A DNA stretch of 64,000 bases. Origin: Candidatus Methylomirabilia bacterium (lineage in GTDB: Bacteria; Methylomirabilota; Methylomirabilia; Rokubacteriales; CSP1-6). The stretch's first letter is position 1, and each line of letters opens with the position of its first letter. Shown piece after piece: positions 26,972 through 36,178 of this stretch. The stretch covers positions 38,596 through 102,595 of the forward strand of contig JBHIBG010000005.1 in NCBI GenBank assembly GCA_046758965.1. The letters are read 5' to 3'. The translations under genes and the position numbers were made by a program. The notes below the pieces were generated by a model, which saw only the letters and a program-made list of their open reading frames with translations, made no database searches and was not told where the DNA came from.

Positions 26972-27949
26972 GGCCTTCGCCGGGCGAGCCGTCAGGCGGA
27001 TTGCCTCGCCGAATCCGGCCTGGCACGCGAGCGCAAGGCTCAGCGTGACCAAGCGCTTGGCGAGAGGAACGCGCAGCACTCTGCGCGAGACGTTCGTCCC
27101 GGCGATCTCGAGACTCTTTGTCACGTACTGCCAGTCGGAGAGATACTTGACCTGAATGACCTCGCCTCCGGCCTGCTCCACCGCGCGCGCTAGAGTGCGC
27201 GGCGTAAAATGCCACAGGTGAAAGGGCAGGTCGAGTCCGTGCCAAGCGCTTCCGAAGAGCCGCCGTCCCAAGCCGGCGAAGTTGGGGACTTCGATGAGCG
27301 CCATCCCACCCGGTGCGAGCCAGCGCAGGATCCGACGGATGGCGGTTACGGGCTCAGGCACGTGTTCCACTACGTGAAACACGGTCACCACGTCGAAAGA
27401 GCGGTCGGGGAACGGCGCGTCCATGAGGTCGCCGACGAAGATGGTTCCGGTCACCGCTCGCGCCAGAGCCGCAGCTTCGGGCAGAAGCTCGATCCCGGTT
27501 ACGTCCCAGCCTACCTCGCGCATCCGTTCGAGGAACCCGCCTGTCCAGCAGCCGATGTCAAGGAGCCGCCCGCGACCGAGGAATGGCGGGAACGTTACCG
27601 CCAATCGACGGGAACGGAGCCAGGCGAGGGACCGCACGAGCCGATCCGGGACTCCGTGATCGAGGTGCTGGTAGCCGAGATAGTGCACGAGCGCCCGGCG
27701 GGTTGCCGAACGGAGGAGGCGACCCCCGTGGAATGCGGAGCGCTGGGGGGAGCGGGTCAACGACGGCCCGTACCCGTGGGGCGCTCGCTGCAGGAGTTGC
27801 GAAACCGTCGGGTTGAGGTAAGCGAATCCGCACCGCCGGCATTTGACGACGTGAAATGTTCCTGGAATGCGTTTGAGAGGATCGCAGGCTGCGAGAAGCA
27901 GCAGGTGATCCGTGCTGCGGCAGAGAGCGCAGGCCGAGGGCTCGAGCAT
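26963..27949 (-). CDS. Class I SAM-dependent methyltransferase with N-terminal CxxC pairs
   Basis: CALC...CRRC; LLDIGCWTG; FHVVEHVPEP; EVPN. Confidence 0.85.
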   Translation of the reverse strand: MLEPSACALCRSTDHLLLLAACDPLKRIPGTFHVVKCRRCGFAYLNPTVSQLLQRAPHGYGPSLTRSPQRSAFHGGRLLRSATRRALVHYLGYQHLDHGVPDRLVRSLAWLRSRRLAVTFPPFLGRGRLLDIGCWTGGFLERMREVGWDVTGIELLPEAAALARAVTGTIFVGDLMDAPFPDRSFDVVTVFHVVEHVPEPVTAIRRILRWLAPGGMALIEVPNFAGLGRRLFGSAWHGLDLPFHLWHFTPRTLARAVEQAGGEVIQVKYLSDWQYVTKSLEIAGTNVSRRVLRVPLAKRLVTLSLALACQAGFGEAIRLTARPAKALP

Positions 27950-27997
27950 GCTGCTCAGGTTATGCCATGCCTACACGAGAATGCGCGAGTCGCGGCG

Positions 27998-28722
27998 CTA
28001 CTTGCGGGCATTACTCGCCGTTCGGAACCACTCTTCCGCCTTGCGGGGATCGCGCGCCTGGCCGAGCTGGCCGTCGAAATAGATGTCGGCCATGCGGTCC
28101 ATGGCCCCGATCTGCGCTCCGTTTGCGGCGCGTTCCATCCACATAAGAGCTTTGCGCTCGCGGCCCGGACCGACGGGGCCGGACGCATAGTACTCCGCGA
28201 GCTCATACATCGCCGTGACGTCGCCGAGCTCGGCCGCCATGAGCTTGGCGTGCCGGGCTTCGTCGAAGCGACCGGGCTTCTCCAGGGCGATCGCGAGGAC
28301 CAGATGGGCCTCAACGAAGTCGGGCTTCAGTCGGATTGCCTGTCGAAGCGCCTCAACAGCAATGTGGTAGCGCCGGAGGGTGCCGGCTGAGCTGCCATAG
28401 TTGTAATGGGCCATCGGATCGTCCGGGGTAAGGACCGAGATGTCTCTGTACGCTTCAAGCGCGCGCCTGTCGTCCCCAGCCGCGAGGAGTGCCCGGGCCA
28501 GGTTCCGGTGAGATTGAAGGTCTTGAGGATTCTCCTCGATGGCTGTTTCGCAGGATCTCGGCGCGCCGTGCGCCCACTCCCTGGCGCAGCGTTCGGCCCA
28601 ACTTTCCGCCCAGGCAGGCGCTGCCGTTGCAACGGCGAGCAGAGACCGACGCCGGCGAGGGCCGACCGCCGGGTCGCCATGACGGCCCGCCTGAGCCGGG
28701 TGATGAAGCGATCCGTTCTCAT
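27998..28722 (-). pseudogene. Secreted TPR/Sel1-repeat protein with a 1-nt frameshift in the signal peptide
   Basis: MATRRSALAGVGL shifts frame near 28641-28645 into LLAVATAAPAWA...TPR...Sel1 repeats. Confidence 0.6.
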
Positions 28723-28914
28723 GACGCGATCCTTTCTCGAGTTACGCTCGGCGAGCCCACCGTTGTGACTCGGAGCTCCAAAGATTCCGCATGCTCCACT
28801 GCGGGAACGCTACAGGGGTGGACCGCGTGTGTCAAGGCGTAAAGGCCGGGCGTGCGCGACTCGGGCCGGTCGGGCAGGTTCCGCCCCGGCTGCGCTCGTG
28901 GTACCCTACACGCC

Positions 28915-30318
28915 ATGAAGGGGGTGGACAGCTATCAGGGGCGCGGGCTCATTGCCGATCCCATTCACCATTACATCCTCTACACCCGCCCGGACGGGAT
29001 CGGCGGCGAGGCGACCGAGCAGGACCTGATCGACACCCCCTGGGTTCAGCGCCTGAGGCGGATCCCGCAGCTCCAGTCGGCGCGCTGGGTCTTCCCCGCT
29101 GCCGAGCACAGCCGCTTCCAGCATGCGCTGGGAACCATGCATCTCGCCGGCCGCTTCGGTCAGCAGCTCTACGCTTCGCTCAAGTCGATCTTCCCCGATG
29201 TTTCTTCCTCGGCTCTCGTTGAGGAGCTGCTCCGGATGACGGGGCTCCTGCACGATGTCGGGCATGGCCCGTTCGGCCACTTCTTCGACGAAAACTTCCT
29301 GGCTGACTTCGAGCTCACCCACGAGATGGTAGGCCAGCGGATCATCCGCGAGGAGCTGGGAGAGCTGCTCGGAAACCTCCGCCGGAGTCCCTCGGGGCCC
29401 TTTGCCCCGGGTGAGCGGCTCGATCCGGACTGGATCTGCTACCTCATGGGCAAGGCCTACACCCAGCCCGAGACGAACCATCCCCACTGGCTGGCTTTCC
29501 TCAAGCCCCTTCTCTCAGGCATTTACACCGCCGACAACATGGACTACGTGCTTCGCGACTCGTATATGTGTGGGGTGGCGGTCGGTCCCATCGACATGGA
29601 TCGGATCATCTATTACTCCTTCTTCACCGAAGACGGGCTCACCCTGGACCGGGGGGGCGCCCAGGCGCTCATCATGTTCCTTACCGCTCGCTTCTACATG
29701 TACACCAATGTTTACTACCACCGGACGACGCGAGGGATCGACCTTCACCTGAAGGAGATTTTCCGGGACACGATGCGGATTATCTTTCCGTGGGACCTGA
29801 GAAAAGAGCTTCACCCGTACCTCCACCTGACTGAGTGGACGCTCCTCGAAGAGGTCGGGCGCTGGCACGGTTCGGATGATCCTGATCGAGCAGCGTTGGG
29901 GAAGGAGTGGCAGCAGATCCTGGACCGTCGACTCAAGTGGCGGATGTCCCACGAGGTGATGCTGGACATCGCCGAGCTCAGGCGGGGCCTGGGGTTCGTC
30001 AAGGCGGAGGAGGTGGAGGCTCGGGTATGCGCCCTCTTGCCGGCCCGGCTCAGGCGCCTCGAGTTCAAGATCGACATGGCACTGCAGGATCCCCGTCCGC
30101 TCAACCCGCTGGGGCTGGGGGACCGGCAGATCTATATCTACGACTCGGGCGCCAAGCGCGTGTCCAAGGAGCAGCTGGCCGAGCTTTTCAGATACCTGCC
30201 CGGAAAAGTGGCCCAGTGCCGGATCTTCGCCACCACGCACGAGCACGATCAGCTGCTGGCCGAGGCTCTCGAGCGAGCGCTGGGCGGAGATTCTCCCGCC
30301 ATCGTCACCAACGTCTGA
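28915..30318 (+). CDS. HD-domain phosphohydrolase (SAMHD1/YwfO-like)
   Basis: DPIH, QRLRRIPQL, HSRFQH, LLHDVGHGPFGH, DNMDYVLRD and VYYH motifs. Confidence 0.88.
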   Translation: MKGVDSYQGRGLIADPIHHYILYTRPDGIGGEATEQDLIDTPWVQRLRRIPQLQSARWVFPAAEHSRFQHALGTMHLAGRFGQQLYASLKSIFPDVSSSALVEELLRMTGLLHDVGHGPFGHFFDENFLADFELTHEMVGQRIIREELGELLGNLRRSPSGPFAPGERLDPDWICYLMGKAYTQPETNHPHWLAFLKPLLSGIYTADNMDYVLRDSYMCGVAVGPIDMDRIIYYSFFTEDGLTLDRGGAQALIMFLTARFYMYTNVYYHRTTRGIDLHLKEIFRDTMRIIFPWDLRKELHPYLHLTEWTLLEEVGRWHGSDDPDRAALGKEWQQILDRRLKWRMSHEVMLDIAELRRGLGFVKAEEVEARVCALLPARLRRLEFKIDMALQDPRPLNPLGLGDRQIYIYDSGAKRVSKEQLAELFRYLPGKVAQCRIFATTHEHDQLLAEALERALGGDSPAIVTNV

Positions 30319-30329
30319 GGTGGACGATC

Positions 30330-31505
30330 ATGGAAAAGTTCCGCGGCGTTGACTACTACGGAGTCGAGGAGCTCCTGACCGAGGAGGAGCGGATGGTGCG
30401 GGATGCGGTGCGTGACTGGGTGGAGGCGGAGTTTCTGCCTATCATCCAGCAGCACCACCGCGAGGGGACGTTTCCAGCCCACCTGATCCCGAAGCTGGGG
30501 GAGATGGGGGTCTTTGGCGCCACCATCAAGGGATACGGCTGCGCCGGGCTGAACAACGTCGCCTACGGCCTCATCATGCAAGAGCTGGAGCGGGGAGACT
30601 CCGGGCTCCGTTCCTGCGCCTCGGTGCAGAGCGCACTCGTCATGTATCCGATCCACGCCTTCGGTTCTGAGGAGCAGAAGGAGAGGTGGCTGCCGCGCCT
30701 GGCCAGCGGGGAGGTCGTGGGCTGCTTCGGCCTGACTGAGCCGGACCACGGGTCGGATCCCGGGTCCATGAAGAGCCGGGCAATCCAAAAGGGCGACCGG
30801 TACGTCCTGAACGGCACCAAGCTTTGGATCACCAACGGTTCCATCGCCGATCTGGCGATGGTCTGGGCGAAGGATGAGGGTGGGGAAATTGCGGGATACC
30901 TGGTGGAGCGGGGGTCGCCGGGCTTCTCCACGCTGGACATTCCCGGGAAGTTCTCCATGCGTGCCTCCATTACCTCCGAGCTCTCGTTTCAGGATTGCGA
31001 GATTCCTCTCGAGAACAAACTCCCGGCGGCCAAAGGGCTCAAGGGCCCGCTCTCCTGCCTCTCCCAGGCCCGTTACGGGATCGCCTGGGGCGCCATCGGG
31101 GCCGGCATGGCCTGCTACGACTGGGCGCTCCAATATGCCCAATCACGGGTTCAGTTCGGCAAGCCCATCGCGGCGTTCCAGCTCGTCCAACGCAAGCTCG
31201 TCTGGATGCTCACGGAGATCACCAAAGGCCAGCTCCTGGCCCTCCAGCTTGGTCGCGTCAAGGACCGAGGCTACGCTCGCCCACAGCAGGTCTCCATGGC
31301 GAAGATGAACAACGTGTGGATGGCTCTCGAGACGGCGCGTCTGGCCCGCGACATTCTGGGCGCGGCGGGGATCGTGGACGAGCACCCGGTGATTCGCCAC
31401 ATGCTGAATCTAGAGACGCTCCTCACCTACGAGGGGACCCACGACATCCACACCCTGATTATCGGGCGTGATATCACCGGCATGTCAGCCTTCGGAGACG
31501 AGTAG
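30330..31505 (+). CDS. Acyl-CoA dehydrogenase, glutaryl-CoA dehydrogenase-like
   Basis: ELERGDSGLRS, FGLTEPDHGSDP and TYEGTHDIH motifs. Confidence 0.88.
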   Translation: MEKFRGVDYYGVEELLTEEERMVRDAVRDWVEAEFLPIIQQHHREGTFPAHLIPKLGEMGVFGATIKGYGCAGLNNVAYGLIMQELERGDSGLRSCASVQSALVMYPIHAFGSEEQKERWLPRLASGEVVGCFGLTEPDHGSDPGSMKSRAIQKGDRYVLNGTKLWITNGSIADLAMVWAKDEGGEIAGYLVERGSPGFSTLDIPGKFSMRASITSELSFQDCEIPLENKLPAAKGLKGPLSCLSQARYGIAWGAIGAGMACYDWALQYAQSRVQFGKPIAAFQLVQRKLVWMLTEITKGQLLALQLGRVKDRGYARPQQVSMAKMNNVWMALETARLARDILGAAGIVDEHPVIRHMLNLETLLTYEGTHDIHTLIIGRDITGMSAFGDE

Positions 31506-31532
31506 CGGGAGTTCCGGCAATCCCCTCAGCGG

Positions 31533-31560
31533 AGGGCAGGTCCCGGGACCTGCCCTTTTT
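31533..31560 (+). terminator. Rho-independent terminator
   Basis: AGGGCAGGTC-CCGG-GACCTGCCCT followed by a T run. Confidence 0.8.
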
Positions 31561-31568
31561 GCTGCCCA

Positions 31569-32490
31569 TTGAGCTACGCCGAAAAGCAGGCGCGCTGGAG
31601 CGTGGCCATCGCCGCGCTGACCTTGACGGTGCAGAACGGCGTCCTGATTGCCTTTGCGGTGCTCTACCTGCCGATGGTGGAGGAGTTTGGCAGCTCGCGC
31701 GCGGCGTTCGCGGCGGTCCAGTCCGCCGTCCTCCTCCTCGGGGGATTCACCGGGCCGTTGATCGGCTACGCCTTCGACCGGCTGGGGCCCAGGAGGCTCT
31801 TCCAGTGGGGCGCGATCGTGGCGGCCGTCGGCTCTGGCGAACCGTGGACCCTCCGGCGTGCCGCCCGCGCCTCGGGCTTCTGGTGGCTGGTTTGCGTGTA
31901 GATTCTTTTCCTCGATAGGGTTCCCCTTGATGAATGTTCATATGCTCGCCTTTGCCGTAGGGGTTGGCATCCCCCCGGTTCAGGCCGCCACGGCGCCGGG
32001 GACGGTGAGCCTGGTGAGCCTCGTTGGCCACCTTCTGACCGCCTGGCTGGCCGCCCGCCTGGGACGTGCCCAGGCGCTTACCCCGACTTACTCGAGCGCG
32101 GCCCTCGGTGTTGGCTGCCTTGGGCTCCTTGCCGGGAGTGGCTGGCGGGGGTGGCTCATCCTCTACGTGCTGCTCTACGGGTTGGCCCAGGGCTCGAGCG
32201 GCATCATCAGCTCGGCACGAGCGGGCGATCTCCTCGCCGGGCCTGCTTTTGGGACCATCTGCGGCTGGATCGTGCTCGCGACGGGGCCGGGTGAGGCGAT
32301 TGGCGCGTGGGTGGGCGGCGCGATCTGCGATCTGACAGGGAGCGATCTGGGGGCGTTCGGCTTCGTGGTTGTGGCGCCGGCACTGGGAGTGATAGCGATC
32401 TGGCGCGTCCGGTCGCGGCCGAGTGCTGTCTCACCGTGGCGGAGCGAGGCGAGGCAAGGGAGCGGTTCTCCTTACCGACGATCCGCGTAG
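31569..32490 (+). pseudogene. MFS transporter pseudogene (internal deletion plus frameshift)
   Basis: DRLGPRR motif then an abrupt jump to the central loop (WTLRRAARASGFWWL); frameshift near 31889; C-terminal half in another frame. Confidence 0.7.
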
Positions 32491-32548
32491 GGCTCGATCC
32501 CGTCGCCGTCAGGATCACGGACGGCGCTCTCGTGTATGATAAGAATTT

Positions 32549-33820
32549 GTGCCGACTCCCTTCGGTCCTTCCAACCCTGAGCTCCGAGACGAGCCGGGCG
32601 CCGTCGTCGACGGATTCTCGGATGTCCGCGCCACAGCCGGCTCCGCCCCGGCTCCGGTGTCTGGCGCCCGGGCCAACGCCAAGCTTCTGGCCTTTCTGGC
32701 CTTCGGTCATCTGGTCGTTGACGTCAACCAGGGCGCGCTACCGGCTTTCCTTCCCTTCCTGAGAGCGGCGTTCAACCTCTCGTACACGGGTGCGGGCACC
32801 GTCATGCTGGTCGCCAGCGTCACCTCCTCAGTGATCCAGCCGCTCTTCGGGTATCTGGCTGATCAAACCTCGCGGCGTTGGCTGATCCCCGCTTCGGTCT
32901 TCGCCTCCGGGCTGGGGCTCGCTCTGGCCGGGGTCGCGCCGAGCTACCCCGCGCTGCTCGCTTTGGTCGTGATCATGGGGTTGGGCGTGGCTGCGTATCA
33001 TCCGGAGGGATACCGGACGGCCCACCATGTTGCAGGCGACCGGAAGGCCACGGGGCTCGCTTTTTTCTCCATTGGCGGCAACGTGGGGCTCGCCGTCGGG
33101 CCCCCGCTGATCACAGCGCTCGTCGTCGGGTTCGGACTCCGAGGAAGTCTCGGGATGCTCGTCCCGAGCCTCGTCATGGCGGGGCTCCTGACCACCGCGC
33201 TCCCTCTCCTGACTCCTGGGCCCTCCGCATCCAGGCTCGCCATGGCCGCCGGGTCGGAAGGCAGGCCGCCGATGGTGTGGGCGATGACGGTGCTGATTGC
33301 AGTGGTGACGCTCCGCTCCTGGACCCAGCTGGGATTCACGACGTTCGTGCCGTTCTTCTACGTGGACGTGCTCAAAGCAGACCCGCGGCTGGTCGGTCCG
33401 CTCCTCTTTGTCTTTCTCGGTGCGGGCGCCGTCGGCACCCTGGTGGGCGGTCCCTTGGCCGACCGATGGGGTCCCCGCCGGTTCATGGTCGGCGTCTTCT
33501 TCCTCGCCACGCCGCTCGCGCTGGGCTTCCTCTTCGCTCGCGGGGCGTGGGCGTTCGTACTCCTCGGCGCCCTGGGATTTGTGCTGGTTTCGACCTTCTC
33601 GGTCTCAGTGGTGTTGGGCCAGGCCTATTTCCCGCGTCACCTCGGGCTGGCCTCGGGTCTCATCGTCGGCTTCGCCATCGGCACCGGCGGTCTGGGCGTG
33701 GCTCTCCTCGGCTGGGTGGCCGACCATTGGGGGCTCGTCGTGGCTCTGGGCATCAGCGCGACAATGCCGTTTCTCGGCTTCCTCGCCGCGCTTTTTCTCC
33801 CGGAGCCCCGGCGCACCTGA
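32549..33820 (+). CDS. MFS transporter, Fsr-like
   Basis: HLVVD, QPLFGYLAD, AAYHPEG, GGNVG and DRWGPRR motifs; start uncertain. Confidence 0.85.
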   Translation: MPTPFGPSNPELRDEPGAVVDGFSDVRATAGSAPAPVSGARANAKLLAFLAFGHLVVDVNQGALPAFLPFLRAAFNLSYTGAGTVMLVASVTSSVIQPLFGYLADQTSRRWLIPASVFASGLGLALAGVAPSYPALLALVVIMGLGVAAYHPEGYRTAHHVAGDRKATGLAFFSIGGNVGLAVGPPLITALVVGFGLRGSLGMLVPSLVMAGLLTTALPLLTPGPSASRLAMAAGSEGRPPMVWAMTVLIAVVTLRSWTQLGFTTFVPFFYVDVLKADPRLVGPLLFVFLGAGAVGTLVGGPLADRWGPRRFMVGVFFLATPLALGFLFARGAWAFVLLGALGFVLVSTFSVSVVLGQAYFPRHLGLASGLIVGFAIGTGGLGVALLGWVADHWGLVVALGISATMPFLGFLAALFLPEPRRT

Positions 33821-33865
33821 CGGCCTTCCCCCCGTGCGGGCCGCTATGGTATAAGGGCTCTGGAC

Positions 33866-34699
33866 ATGATGCTCTTCTCCTCTTTCCAGGACGGGGAGTC
33901 AGTTCTCCTCATCGACCGACGAGGTAAGCGTCACCTCCTCACCCTTCGAAAGGGAGAGACCTTTCACTCGGATCGCGGCTTTATCCCTCACGATGCCGTT
34001 ATCGGCCAGCCTGAAGGAAGCTGGCTTCGCTCCTCGATGGGCCACCGCGTCCTGGCTGTCCGTCCGACGCTGGGCGAGTACGTCCTGGAGATGCCGAGGG
34101 GGGCCCAGGTGATCTACCCGAAGGATCTGGCCATGGTGCTCTTCTGGGCAGATATCTACCCGGGGGCGCGGGTCCTCGAGGCGGGGACAGGCTCAGGGGC
34201 GCTGACGATGGCGCTCCTCAGGGCGGTGGGCCGGGAGGGGCGCGTCATCACCTACGAGCAGCGCGAAGAGTTTGCCCGGCGGGCCCTCGTCAACATTCAC
34301 GCTCGGTTCGGGGAGGTGGGCAATCTCCTGGTTCGGCTTCTCGCCGTGGAGGATGGGCTCGCGGACGAGGAGCCTGTGGACCGCGTCATTCTGGACCTGC
34401 CTGAGCCCTGGCGGCTCGTGGAGCCGGTGATGCAGGTGCTGCGACCGGGCGGGATTTTCCTCTGCTACGTCCCGACGATCACTCAGGCCCAGCAAGTCGC
34501 CGAGACCCTCCGCCGCAACCCGGCCTACGCCCTGGTGGAGACCTTCGAGACGCTGCTCCGCCCCTGGAACATCGAGGGGCTTTCGGTTCGTCCGTTTCAC
34601 CGCATGGTGGCTCACACCGGCTTCATTACTCTCGCCCGACGGGTGGTTCCCGAGGAGCGCGTGGAGCCTCCGGTCGAGGGTATCAGCCCAACGAGCTAG
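33866..34699 (+). CDS. trmI: tRNA (adenine58-N1)-methyltransferase
   Basis: MPRGAQVIYPKD, LEAGTGSG, LDLPEPW and HRMVAHTGF motifs. Confidence 0.92.
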   Translation: MMLFSSFQDGESVLLIDRRGKRHLLTLRKGETFHSDRGFIPHDAVIGQPEGSWLRSSMGHRVLAVRPTLGEYVLEMPRGAQVIYPKDLAMVLFWADIYPGARVLEAGTGSGALTMALLRAVGREGRVITYEQREEFARRALVNIHARFGEVGNLLVRLLAVEDGLADEEPVDRVILDLPEPWRLVEPVMQVLRPGGIFLCYVPTITQAQQVAETLRRNPAYALVETFETLLRPWNIEGLSVRPFHRMVAHTGFITLARRVVPEERVEPPVEGISPTS

Positions 34700-34703
34700 T
34701 TTC

Positions 34704-36065
34704 GTGCTCGAGCGCCTCTTCCGGCTCAGCGAGCGCGGCACGACGGTCGGGACCGAGGTGATGGGAGGCCTCACCACCTTCATGGTTATGGCCTACATCA
34801 TCTTCGTGAACCCCGCCATTCTCTCCTTCTCCGGCATGCCGGAGCTTCAGGGACAGGGCCCGCCGTTCGTCCCCACGCTGGCTGCCACCTGTCTCGTCGC
34901 CGGCGTCGCCACCCTCGCCATGGGGCTTCTTACCAACTACCCGCTTGCCCTGGCTTCGGGGATGGGCCTCAACGCCGTGGTGGCCTTTCAGCTCGTAGCC
35001 GGGATGAAGCTTCCCTGGCCGGCCGCCATGGGAGTGATCATGCTCGAGGGGATGGCCATCACGGTTCTCGTCCTCACCGGCTTTCGCGAGGCCATCATGA
35101 ATGCCATCCCCCTGCCGATCAAGCGGGCGATCAGCGTGGGGATCGGGCTCTTCATCCTGTTCATCGGGCTCTCCTCGGCAGGGGTGGTGGAGGCTGGGCC
35201 GCCGGGCGTTCCGGTCACGCTGGGCGACCTTACTACGCGCCCCGTGGTCGTTGCGCTGGTGGGGTTCTTCCTGACCCTCTGGCTTCTGGCACGTCGGATC
35301 AGAGGGGCCCTTCTCCTGGGGATCCTCGGAACCACAGCCGTCGCGATCGTGGTGAACGCGCTCTCCGGCGGCACGGCGTTCCCTGCTCCGGGTCAGGCAG
35401 TCCTGCCCTCCAACATCGTGGAGCTTCCCGATTTCTCCACGGTGGGAGCCGGATTGAATTTTGGGATTTTCTGGCGGGTGGGGATCCTCACCGCCCTGAT
35501 CACGATTTTCTCGATCATGCTCTCGGATTTCTTCGACACGATGGGGACGGTGATCGGGATCGGTGGGGAGGCGGGGTGGCTGGACCGGCAGGGGAGGCTG
35601 CCCCGGCTCAACCGGGTGCTTCTGATCGACTCGCTCGCGGCGGTGGTCGGCGGACTGGCCTCCGCATCGTCGGCGACCACGTATATCGAGTCGGCGGCGG
35701 GGGTCTCCGAGGGCGCTAGGACAGGGTTGGCCTCCGTGGTCACGGGCTTCTGCTTCCTCCTGGCCCTCCTGTTTACGCCGGTGGCGCGGATCGTGCCGCC
35801 GGAGGCCACAGCCCCGGCGCTGATCGTGGTCGGGTATCTGATGTGCAGGGTTGTGCGGGAGATCCCGTTCACCGACCTGGAGGAGGGATTCCCGGCGCTC
35901 CTGACCCTCACCGTCATGCCCTTTACCTACTCCATCACCAACGGCATCGGCGCCGGCTTCATCGCCTACTCCTTCATCAAGCTGATACGGGGCAAGGGCC
36001 GCGAGGTCCACCCGATGATGTATGGCGCCACGGTGGCATTCCTCCTCTACTTCGCCCTTCTCTGA
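34704..36065 (+). CDS. NCS2/AzgA family purine permease
   Basis: TTFMVMAYIIFVNP, GMGLNA, DFFDTMGT, YIESAAG and PFTYSI motifs. Confidence 0.92.
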   Translation: MLERLFRLSERGTTVGTEVMGGLTTFMVMAYIIFVNPAILSFSGMPELQGQGPPFVPTLAATCLVAGVATLAMGLLTNYPLALASGMGLNAVVAFQLVAGMKLPWPAAMGVIMLEGMAITVLVLTGFREAIMNAIPLPIKRAISVGIGLFILFIGLSSAGVVEAGPPGVPVTLGDLTTRPVVVALVGFFLTLWLLARRIRGALLLGILGTTAVAIVVNALSGGTAFPAPGQAVLPSNIVELPDFSTVGAGLNFGIFWRVGILTALITIFSIMLSDFFDTMGTVIGIGGEAGWLDRQGRLPRLNRVLLIDSLAAVVGGLASASSATTYIESAAGVSEGARTGLASVVTGFCFLLALLFTPVARIVPPEATAPALIVVGYLMCRVVREIPFTDLEEGFPALLTLTVMPFTYSITNGIGAGFIAYSFIKLIRGKGREVHPMMYGATVAFLLYFALL

Positions 36066-36178
36066 CTCCGGTCTCTCTTCGCCTCGGAGGCGAGTTCGCT
36101 TCTTCGACCAAGCCGCAGGAGCACGCGGTCGCGGAACGCTGGCCGCCTCCGGAGCCGTGTGCTAAGCTGGAGTCTGCC

